The position numbers and the translations under genes are program-made. A stretch of DNA of 14,699 bases. It comes from Planctomycetota bacterium. Lineage in GTDB: Bacteria > Planctomycetota > UBA11346. Position 1 is the first letter of the stretch. Every line of letters starts with the position of its first letter. Below the pieces are notes generated by a model. The model was not told the DNA's origin. It made no database searches and saw only the letters and a program-made list of their open reading frames with translations. The stretch spans positions 1 through 14,699 of the forward strand of contig JBBQSO010000113.1 in assembly GCA_038213805.1 (NCBI GenBank), in the 5' to 3' direction. Below are positions 1-7,522 of this stretch, in pieces.

Positions 1-56
1 GCGAGGAGGAGCAGGGGCGCCAGCAGGCGGGCGGGGGCGGGGCGGGGGGTCGTCAT
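1..56 (-). CDS. 5' end of a gene running off the window; putative exported protein
   Basis: ATG at 56 on the minus strand reads MTTPRPAPARLLAPLLLLA..., with basic residues followed by a hydrophobic stretch as in a Sec signal peptide. Only 18 full codons are visible. Confidence 0.55.
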   Translation of the reverse strand, partial: MTTPRPAPARLLAPLLLL

Positions 57-89
57 GGCAGGGTGTACGCTCTGCGCATCGCGCCGTTC

Positions 90-106
90 ATATATGATAT
101 ATTGTA
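90..106 (-). promoter_or_regulatory. Candidate -10 box (TACAAT) overlapping an AT-rich palindromic operator-like site
   Basis: ATATAT-G-ATATAT at 90..102 is a perfect inverted repeat in a GC-rich background. TACAAT lies on the minus strand at 106..101, about 45 nt upstream of the ATG at 56. Confidence 0.45.
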
Positions 107-369
107 CTGCGAGACTGGATCCGGGGTGACTTTGCTGGGCATGGGAACTCCTGCGTCAGGAACGGTCGCACGGCGGCCGGCCGGCCGATAGCGGTGCCGG
201 GGACCATCGGCATTGCGGACGCCACCATCGACAACAGTCCTCTGCCTGCGATGCGCGGCCGGTCCACGTCACGCCCCGGATCGGACCTCAGCTGCGGGTG
301 GGCGGATCGAATTTCGGCCATCGCGTGACGATCGCCGGGCACCCTACGGGATGAACTTGTAAGCGTCGC

Positions 370-1419
370 TCATGATCGCAGCGAAGCCATGTCGATGACG
401 AAGCGGTAGCGGACGTCCTGCTTGAGCATGCGCTCCCACGCCTCGTTGATGCGCTGGATCGGGATCACCTCGATGTCCGAGACGATGTTGTGCAGCGCGC
501 AGAAATCCAGCATCTCCTGGGTTTCCGCGATGCCGCCGATGGCCGAGCCGGCGAAATTGCGGCGCGGCAGCAGCAGGTTGAAGACCGCGACCGGGACGGG
601 GTGCTCGGGAGCGCCCACCATCGCCAGCGTGCCGTCGAGTTTGAGCAGGCCCAGGTAGGCGTTGAGGTCGTGGTTGGCGGAGACCGCATCGATGATGAAG
701 TGGAAGCTGCTCTGGTGCCTGCGCATCGCGTCGGCGTCGGTGGAGACCACCACCTCGTGCGCGCCGAGACGCAACCCGTCGGCGACCTTCTTCGGCGAGG
801 TCGTGAACAGCACGACGTGCGCCCCGAAGGCGCGTGCGAACTTCACCGCCATGTGGCCAAGTCCACCCAGTCCGACGACGCCGACCTTCTGCCCGGGACC
901 GACCTTCCAGTGGCGCAGCGGCGAGTACGTGGTGATCCCGGCGCATAGCAGCGGCGCAGTGGCGGCCGGATCCAGGTTTGCGGGCACACGCAGGACGAAG
1001 GCCTCATCCACGGTGATGCTGGTGGAGTAGCCGCCGAAGGTCGGCCCGCCGAGGTGCTTGTCGGTACCGTTGTAGGTGAAAGTCGGGAACGCGTGGCAAT
1101 ACTGCTCCAGGCCGGCGCGGCAGCTCTCGCAGGTGCGGCATGAATCGACCATGCACCCGACCGCGCTCAGATCGCCAGGCTTGAACTTCGACACCTGGGT
1201 GCCCACGCGCTTCACGCGGCCCACGATCTCATGCCCGGGTACGCACGGGTAGACGGTGTTCTTCCACTCGTTGCGCGCCTGGTGGATGTCGGAGTGGCAG
1301 ACCCCGCAGAAGAGGATCTCCATTTCCACATCGGTCGGGGTCGGCTCGCGGCGCGTGATGACCGTCGGCGCCAGGGGTGAGGTGGCTTGGCTGGCGGCGT
1401 AGGCGGCGATGGTGTTCAT
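370..1419 (-). CDS. Zn-dependent NADP-linked alcohol dehydrogenase / aldehyde reductase (MDR, cinnamyl alcohol dehydrogenase/YahK-like)
   Basis: Motifs CGVCHSD, PGHEIVG, structural Zn CRTCESC...YC, PLLCAGITTYSPL, GLGGLG, TTSPKK (NADP-type) and C-terminal VRYRFVID. Start placed at MNTIAAYAA (1419) rather than 1464; GGGAG lies upstream. Confidence 0.95.
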   Translation of the reverse strand: MNTIAAYAASQATSPLAPTVITRREPTPTDVEMEILFCGVCHSDIHQARNEWKNTVYPCVPGHEIVGRVKRVGTQVSKFKPGDLSAVGCMVDSCRTCESCRAGLEQYCHAFPTFTYNGTDKHLGGPTFGGYSTSITVDEAFVLRVPANLDPAATAPLLCAGITTYSPLRHWKVGPGQKVGVVGLGGLGHMAVKFARAFGAHVVLFTTSPKKVADGLRLGAHEVVVSTDADAMRRHQSSFHFIIDAVSANHDLNAYLGLLKLDGTLAMVGAPEHPVPVAVFNLLLPRRNFAGSAIGGIAETQEMLDFCALHNIVSDIEVIPIQRINEAWERMLKQDVRYRFVIDMASLRS

Positions 1420-1948
1420 GGCGTCTCGGCATACTCCCGTCTCACACCCTGTCACTTGCCACATCTCGCCTCGGTTGCGCGTCGGGTTCCTTCACGTGAC
1501 GCCTGAGCGAAATCCCTGCCGCACGCTGCCATGGGTCCTACCGCTTGTAGATAGGAGGGGCGGACGGCTCGTTCCCGGCCGTTCGCTTGGGTGCCAATGG
1601 TGATTGGCAACTCGCCAAGCAGACTCGGCCCTCAACCTGAAGTGCTGCATTCGGCATGAATCATTGGGTATGGACCCTGGCGGTTTCAGTGCCGGTAGGG
1701 TGTGGGAGTGCTTTTGCGAATCACCACCTGAGCTCGGGGCCAGGCTATTTCCGAGCTGCGCTCAGCGAACGACCACTATGAGTGGTGGGCGGGTCAATCT
1801 CTCCATAAAAATACCTTAGTCCATTCGCGACAATGAATTGCATGAATAGATATTGAGTAGAAATTGGCGTGAAGGGCAACGAGCGCGCGGTGTACTCTGG
1901 GGCAATGGGCATCGTCCCGATGCCCGCTGGTCCGCGACTCCGACATAA

Positions 1949-1964
1949 TGGCATGCTGTTGGCT
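1949..1964 (+). promoter_or_regulatory. Putative sigma54 (-24/-12) promoter
   Basis: TGGCATG-CTGT-TGGCT compared with the consensus TGGCACG-N4-TTGCW. GG-N10-GC spacing is exact, and the site is 115 nt upstream of the DUF1328 ATG. Confidence 0.5.
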
Positions 1965-2078
1965 AATTCCCTTCCAGCTTAAACGCGTTCTGCACACGGG
2001 CCATCACGATGTGCGCACTCCATGGTCGTCATCCGGGTTTAGTTCTTCGTCCACCATCGTTCCCAGAAGGAACAGCCA

Positions 2079-2246
2079 ATGATACGCCTCGCCATCACCT
2101 TCTTTATCATCGCCATCATCGCCGCCATCTTCGGGTTCGGCGGCATCGCAGGAGACTCCGCCTACATCGCCAAGATCCTCGCCATCGTCGGCTTGGTGAT
2201 CGCGGTGGTCGCGTTCCTGTTCGGACGCGGCGGCAACCGGGTCTAA
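2079..2246 (+). CDS. DUF1328 / UPF0391 small membrane protein (YtjA-like), 55 aa
   Basis: Translated by hand: [55 protein letters not shown]. It has the family pattern IAIIAAxFGFGGIA...IAKIL and an AGAAGGA RBS upstream. It is absent from the ORF track. Confidence 0.93.
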   Translation: MIRLAITFFIIAIIAAIFGFGGIAGDSAYIAKILAIVGLVIAVVAFLFGRGGNRV

Positions 2247-2270
2247 GATCCAGCCACGCGTGCGGATGAT

Positions 2271-2306
2271 CGCGTCGGATCGGACTATTGAGTCCGATCC
2301 TACGCG
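2271..2306. repeat. REP-like palindrome (GTAG type) / possible terminator hairpin
   Basis: cgcgt-c-ggatcggact-attg-agtccgatcc-t-acgcg. The minus strand reads GTAG-GATCGGACT-CAAT-AGTCCGATC. It sits 25 nt after the DUF1328 stop. Confidence 0.6.
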
Positions 2307-2429
2307 GCACGTCTGTCGACACGGTGGATGCTCTTGGAGATGGCGTCGCTTAAAAGAGCTCTGATTCGTAGAAATTCGTGGCGGATCCATTGATCAATCG
2401 GTTCTCGTCGACTCAGACTGGTAAGACAG

Positions 2430-2541
2430 GATCGAACAAGAGGAACGGAGGACAGCCAGGAGATGGCTATGCCTTTTTTGGATTTCACTCCTTTCACTGG
2501 CTCCCTGTCCTCCTCCGCTACCCAGTTACTCTTGTTCAATC
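2430..2541. other. Long imperfect inverted repeat; candidate structured ncRNA
   Basis: 2430..2446 pairs with 2525..2541 (15/17). Nested inside it, GGAGGACAG 2447..2455 pairs with CTGTCCTCC 2505..2513 and AGCCAG pairs with CTGGCT 2497..2502. Confidence 0.4.
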
Positions 2542-2884
2542 AGGCCTCGCTGACCCGGCGATGGACGGAAATTTCACCTCAGAAGACGAGTGACCATATT
2601 TTTGTTCGCCGAAAATTATCAGGAATTGCAGCGCGCGAATACATTCATGCTGCGTCTTGTTCAGCCAAAAAATCAGCGGATTTGAAGTCCTTTGTGGGTC
2701 TGCTGCGAGTGATGCTTGCTGCTCCATGGCGGGTGCAAGATGCTCGCAGGCGTCCACCCCAGGAAATCGACCAGCGTGGCGCTTGCGCTCTGAGCGTTGT
2801 CCGATCTGCGTGGCTGTCGGCCGCTCTTAGCGGGCGCCGAATGGAGGGTTGCAATAACGAGAAGCTATTCGTCAGTATCTTCGG

Positions 2885-3757
2885 TCATCTCTGCCTGGCA
2901 GCGGAGATGGGCGGTCGATCTGATGCCCCGCTCGATCGATGCTTCCGGCTGCGTCCATGGCGCGTCGGTGGCGCCCCGGTTTCCGCGCGGAAAACCCTGG
3001 TGAAATAGGCTGGGTCCGCGTAGCCCACCAACCCAGAAACCTCGGCGATGGTATACTGCGTGTAGGCCAGCAGTTTGCGCGCGTTCTCGATGCGCAGCCG
3101 GCGCAGGTAGCGCAGGGGGGCGACTCCGGTGTGGAGACGGAAGACGCGGTTGAAATGGCGTTCGCTGCACCCGAAACGCCGCGCCAGGTCGCTGATGCTG
3201 AGATCGCGCGCGTAGTTCCGGTGCAGGTATTCGATGCTGCCGTCGAGCGGCAGGGGACCACGCGCGGACAGCTCGCTGCCGGTGGCCAGCACCCGGCCCA
3301 GCAGTCCCCGGGCGATGCCATCCATCTCAACCCCGACCGGCGACGCGCGACGTTCAGTGCACTGCCACAATTGCCGGGCCAACGATCCCAGATCACGCGC
3401 CTGGTCGAAACGCAGCAGTCGCTGCGGCAGATCGTCGAGCAGGGATCCCGCCAAGCCGACCCACAGCACCTCCATGTCGGCGTCGCTGACTTCGCGGTGC
3501 ACCAGCCGCGGCGGGATCAGGCAGGCGATGGAGGGACCGAGCGGCACCGTCGTGCCGGCTTCCAGCGCGCCACGACCGGCGAACACCACCAGGAGTTCCC
3601 AGCCATCGTGCCAGCTGGGTGCGAAGGCCTGATGCCGGCCGCGGTAGCGCTGCGCCATCACCGGCGTCAGCTCGCGCGATCGCCGCGCCCCGGCCCACAT
3701 GGCGTCGGGCAGGAATCCAGGCAGCTGCGCCCAGGGGAGATGCACGGGTTCGGCCAT
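2885..3757 (-). CDS. AraC/XylS family transcriptional regulator with N-terminal cupin-like domain
   Basis: C-terminal double HTH (LSISDLARRFGCSERHFNRVFR ... RIENARKLL ... TIAEVSGLVGYADPAYFTRVFRAETGAPP) and a cupin-like HDGWELLVVFAGRG...IPPRLVHRE. Start uncertain (3757, 3814 or 3850). Confidence 0.93.
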   Translation of the reverse strand: MAEPVHLPWAQLPGFLPDAMWAGARRSRELTPVMAQRYRGRHQAFAPSWHDGWELLVVFAGRGALEAGTTVPLGPSIACLIPPRLVHREVSDADMEVLWVGLAGSLLDDLPQRLLRFDQARDLGSLARQLWQCTERRASPVGVEMDGIARGLLGRVLATGSELSARGPLPLDGSIEYLHRNYARDLSISDLARRFGCSERHFNRVFRLHTGVAPLRYLRRLRIENARKLLAYTQYTIAEVSGLVGYADPAYFTRVFRAETGAPPTRHGRSRKHRSSGASDRPPISAARQR

Positions 3758-3931
3758 GACCGTAAGCTTGGTCACTCGTATTGCCGGTCCAGCAGATGTC
3801 CGATTCGTCTGCATGGACAGGTCCGCATCGTCGCACGCGGCAGACCACACTCCGCACCATGCGCGTGAGCGCGTCCGAGGTGCACGCGTTGACCTGCACC
3901 ATGATCATCGACCCCGTTCCGGAGCCCAGTC

Positions 3932-6900
3932 ATGCCCGCACGTCCGATTCGTCCCGCCCAGTGGCTCCATTTCCTGGTCATCGCCACCTGTGCCCTGCCG
4001 CTGGCTGCCGTCGAAAAAGACATGCGGGTTGATGACGGCGGCGTGGCCAAGGCCCTCCGCCTGCCCGCAGGTTTCAGCGCCTCGCTGTATGCCCAGCATC
4101 CGCTGTTCGGCAATCCGGTCGCCATCGATGTCGATGCGCACGGGCGGGTGCTGGTGGCCGAGCAGTACCGCTTCAACCACGGCACCGAGGAGAACCGCAC
4201 CAGCGGCTTCCTGCTCGATGACGACCTGCAGGTGCAGACCATCGACGACCGCCTCGCGATGTTCAAGAAGTGGTCCGCGCGCTACCCGGGCGGCATGGAC
4301 TGGTTCACCTCCGTCAGCGATCAGATCCGGGTTCTGAGCGACACCGACGGCGACGGCATCGCCGACCACGCAACCGTGCTGGCCGGATTCAACGAGCCCC
4401 TCGATGGCCTGAATGCCGGCGTGCTGGCGATCGGCGATGACGTGTGGGCGGCCTGCATCCCCAATCTCTGGCGCCTGCGGGACCATGATGGCGACGGCAT
4501 GGCCGAGGATCGCGTCAAGGTGCACAGCGGCTTCGGCGTGCGCGCGTCGTTTCTGGGTCATGACCTGCACGCGCTCACCCTGGGCATGGATGGCAGACTC
4601 TACATGAGCATCGGTGATCGCGGCTTCCACGTGGTCACGCGTGAGGGCGCGACGCTGCACGAGCCCGACAACGGTGCGGTGCTGCGCTGCGATCTGGACG
4701 GTTCGCACCTTGAAGTCATCCATCACGGCCTGCGCAATCCACAGGGCCTGGCCTTCGACGCGTACGGCAACCTCTTCGCTGGCGACAACAACTGCGACAA
4801 GGGCGACAAGAGCCGGCTGATCGCCATCGTCGATGGCGGCGACAGCGCCTGGCGCATGCCTTACCAATCCCTGGCGACGCCGGTTTCTGGGGGCCCGTGG
4901 ATGGCAGAGGAACTGTGGCGGACCGAGAGTCCGCTGAGTCCGCAGTGGGCGGTGCCCGCGGTCGGCTACATCGGCGCTGGTCCGTCAGGGTTGCGCTATT
5001 CGGCCGTGGGGGCGTGGCCCGAACGCCTGCGCAATCGCTTCTTCCACATGAACTTCACCGGAAATTCCGGCATCATCACCTTCACGGCCGTGCCGCAGGG
5101 CGCCGGCTTCCGCATCGACGAGTACCAGGATTTCCTCACCCCGCTGAACGTCAGCGACTGCGCCTTCGGCTTTGACGGCCGGCTGTATGTCGCGAATTAT
5201 ACCGGCAATCCCTTCAATAACGACATCGGCGGACGGCTGTACGCGGTCACCGCCGCCGCCACGCCGGCGGCGGAAATATCTGACCTCAAGCATTTGGCGA
5301 CAGAGGATTTCGCTGCGTTTTCCGCCGCACGGTTGCAGACGCTGCTCGACCATCCCGATCAGCGCATCCGCCTGCGCGCCCAGTTCGCGTTGGCGGCAGG
5401 ACCTACTGAGCATCGACAACTGCTCGCCGCCCTGGCCTCGGCCCCGACAGCGTCCCTCATCAGCCGCCTGCATGCGACCTGGGGGCTGTGGATGGTGGCG
5501 CGCCACGATGCCACGGCGCTGGCGCCGCTGCGTCGGCTCGCCACCGCCCAGGACGCGGTGGTGCGCACAAATGCGCTGCGCGTGCTCGCCGATCTTGGCG
5601 ATCAGGGACACGCCGCGGGATTCCTCGCTGCACTTGATGATCCGTCGCCGCGCGCCGTATTCTTTGCCGCCGAGGGATTGGGACGCTGCCGCATAGCCGG
5701 CGCCAGTGCGGCGCTGCTTGCATTGGTGCGACGCAATGCCGGCGCCGACCGCTTCATCCAGCATGCCGCCGTCCTGGCGCTGGCCCGCCTCGACGATCGC
5801 GCGGCGGTGATGGCGGTCGCTGCCGATCCGGATCCAACCGTGCGCCTGGCGGTGGTCCTGACCCTGCGCCGCTGGGCCGATGCGCGCCTGGCTGGATTCC
5901 TGGACGACGTCGATGACCGTATCGTGCTGGAAGCGGTCCGGGCGATCCACGAGGTCCGCATCGCCGCCGCCTATCCGGCGCTCGCCGCCGCCGGCGTTCG
6001 TGCCGCACGTGCCAGCGAGCCGATCCGCGACGCCCTGCAGCGGCGCGTCCTGGCCAGTGCACGCCGGCTCGCAGATCGTGGTGGCGCCGAGGCACTGGTG
6101 CGCGTCATCGGCGATCCCGCCGCCGCCGCCGGCGTCCGCGCAGGCGCTTGCGCCTTGCTGGCGGAGTGGCACCAGCCGGTGCACCGCGATCCCATCACCG
6201 GCGCCTGGTGGCCGCTGCCAGCGGGTGACCCCGCCATCGCCCGCGCGGCGCTCTCCGGACAGGGCGATGCGCTGTTCGTCGTACCGCTGGCCGATACCTG
6301 GGCGTCAGCCTTCACCATGCTGGGAGCCCTCGGCGTCGCCCTCCCTCCCGCCGGGCCGATGCGCATCGCCAACGACCAGGCGGTGCCCGCCGCAACGCGG
6401 ATCGCCGCGTTCAAGTACCTGACCATGACCGCGCCCGCTGCCGCGGCCGACCTCGCCCAGGCGTTCCTGGCGCAAGCGGTTCCCGAACTCCAGAGCGCCG
6501 CGCTGACCTATGTGAAATCCGCGGACCAGGGCACGGCGGTCGCCTTGTTCGCCAAACTGCTGGGCAACGCCGCGACGCCGCTCACCGTGCAGCAGACCTG
6601 CCTCGATGAACTCGCCGCGCTGGCGACCGCTGGCGATCCCGCGGCCGCGGCAGAGCTGGTCAGCTGGATGCAGGCGCTCGCGACGCCGCGGGCCGTTCCC
6701 GGCCTGCGCTTCGATGTGCTCGCCGCCGCCCGCCGAGCCCGTGGCGCCGCGCCCGACCTGGAACGCCTGGTCGCTGCCTATGATGCCGGGATGACGGCCA
6801 GCAAGGATCCGCTCGCGCCGTACCAGATCGCCATGGACGGCGGCAGCGCTGAGCGCGGCGCGCAGGTGTTCACCTCCCATCCGGTCGCGCAGTGCACGCG

Positions 6901-7267
6901 TTGTCACGCCGTGAACGGTCAGGGCGGCGTCGCCGGTCCCGACCTCTCGCACATCGCCAGCGTACTCAACCGGCACGACCTGCTGGAGGCGCTGATCGTG
7001 CCATCGGCACGCATCGCCCCGGGATACGGTCTCACCACGCTCACCACCAGGGACGGTACGAGCCTCACCGGCGTCGTCGTCGCCGAGTCCGCCACCGCGG
7101 TCGACATCGAGGTCACCAAGGGTACGAAGACCAGCATCGCCATCAGCGACATCACCGCCCGCACCAAGCCGCTGTCGCTGATGCCGCCGATGGGTGGGAT
7201 CCTGCAGCCACGTGAATTGCGCGATGTGCTGGCGTATGTGCAAACGCTGCGGGCGGCGCAGAAGTAG
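3932..7267 (+). CDS. PVC-type putative membrane-bound dehydrogenase / heme c-binding CxxCH protein (beta-propeller + HEAT repeats + cytochrome c)
   Basis: Signal peptide; N-terminal LPAGFSASLYAQHPLFGNPVAIDVDAHGRVLVAE, DTDGDGIAD, GLRNPQGLAFDAYGNLF (sorbosone/glucose dehydrogenase-like propeller); Ala/Leu-rich HEAT-like middle; C-terminal GSAERGAQVF..CTRCH (6893..6907)..GPDLSHI..PSARIAPGY..SLMP typical of the Planctomycetota/Verrucomicrobiota heme-binding domain. Confidence 0.88.
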   Translation: MPARPIRPAQWLHFLVIATCALPLAAVEKDMRVDDGGVAKALRLPAGFSASLYAQHPLFGNPVAIDVDAHGRVLVAEQYRFNHGTEENRTSGFLLDDDLQVQTIDDRLAMFKKWSARYPGGMDWFTSVSDQIRVLSDTDGDGIADHATVLAGFNEPLDGLNAGVLAIGDDVWAACIPNLWRLRDHDGDGMAEDRVKVHSGFGVRASFLGHDLHALTLGMDGRLYMSIGDRGFHVVTREGATLHEPDNGAVLRCDLDGSHLEVIHHGLRNPQGLAFDAYGNLFAGDNNCDKGDKSRLIAIVDGGDSAWRMPYQSLATPVSGGPWMAEELWRTESPLSPQWAVPAVGYIGAGPSGLRYSAVGAWPERLRNRFFHMNFTGNSGIITFTAVPQGAGFRIDEYQDFLTPLNVSDCAFGFDGRLYVANYTGNPFNNDIGGRLYAVTAAATPAAEISDLKHLATEDFAAFSAARLQTLLDHPDQRIRLRAQFALAAGPTEHRQLLAALASAPTASLISRLHATWGLWMVARHDATALAPLRRLATAQDAVVRTNALRVLADLGDQGHAAGFLAALDDPSPRAVFFAAEGLGRCRIAGASAALLALVRRNAGADRFIQHAAVLALARLDDRAAVMAVAADPDPTVRLAVVLTLRRWADARLAGFLDDVDDRIVLEAVRAIHEVRIAAAYPALAAAGVRAARASEPIRDALQRRVLASARRLADRGGAEALVRVIGDPAAAAGVRAGACALLAEWHQPVHRDPITGAWWPLPAGDPAIARAALSGQGDALFVVPLADTWASAFTMLGALGVALPPAGPMRIANDQAVPAATRIAAFKYLTMTAPAAAADLAQAFLAQAVPELQSAALTYVKSADQGTAVALFAKLLGNAATPLTVQQTCLDELAALATAGDPAAAAELVSWMQALATPRAVPGLRFDVLAAARRARGAAPDLERLVAAYDAGMTASKDPLAPYQIAMDGGSAERGAQVFTSHPVAQCTRCHAVNGQGGVAGPDLSHIASVLNRHDLLEALIVPSARIAPGYGLTTLTTRDGTSLTGVVVAESATAVDIEVTKGTKTSIAISDITARTKPLSLMPPMGGILQPRELRDVLAYVQTLRAAQK

Positions 7268-7283
7268 CCGGCTGGAAGTGACG

Positions 7284-7341
7284 AGCGGTCACGGCACCGC
7301 ACTCCAAACCAGGCGACCGCATGCACACCAGGGCTGCGGTC
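7284..7341. repeat. Intergenic palindromes, REP-like
   Basis: AGCGGT-CACGGC-ACCGC-ACTCCAAA (7284..7308) just after the stop codon, followed by a second inverted repeat GACCGCA (7315..7321) / TGCGGTC (7335..7341). Confidence 0.4.
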
Positions 7342-7522
7342 CGAAATCGGCTCCACCAGCACGCTGGCGAAGAGCGCAGCGGTCCCAACCGGCTCAGGAG
7401 GCGGCTGTGCCCTGTCAGCGATGGCCGTAGACGCCGGGCTCGCCAGCCCGATCATGTCCAATCCGATGCGCGCGGACGGAAGCAATGGATGTGTGGACCG
7501 GCATGGGCCAGCAACGCTGACC

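Noticed and set aside
20..50. G-run cluster resembling a G-quadruplex motif
   Set aside because: Explained by Pro/Arg/Ala codons of the minus-strand signal peptide.
1465..1800. Short hairpins and small ORFs upstream of the alcohol dehydrogenase, considered as a riboswitch or tRNA
   Set aside because: Stems are short and expected at this GC content; no recognisable aptamer or cloverleaf.
2004..2390. 128-aa minus-strand and 86-aa plus-strand ORFs over the DUF1328 locus
   Set aside because: Shadow frames of the real 55-aa gene at 2079..2246.
2463..3008. 181-aa plus-strand ORF with an AGGAG upstream
   Set aside because: No recognisable motif, atypical codon usage, and it overlaps the AraC 3' end in antisense. 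It cannot be fully excluded.
2939..3868. 309-aa plus-strand ORF
   Set aside because: Antisense shadow of the AraC gene.
3905..7243. Long antisense ORFs (320, 399 and 312 aa)
   Set aside because: Typical stop-poor antisense frames of a high-GC gene, with no domain motifs.
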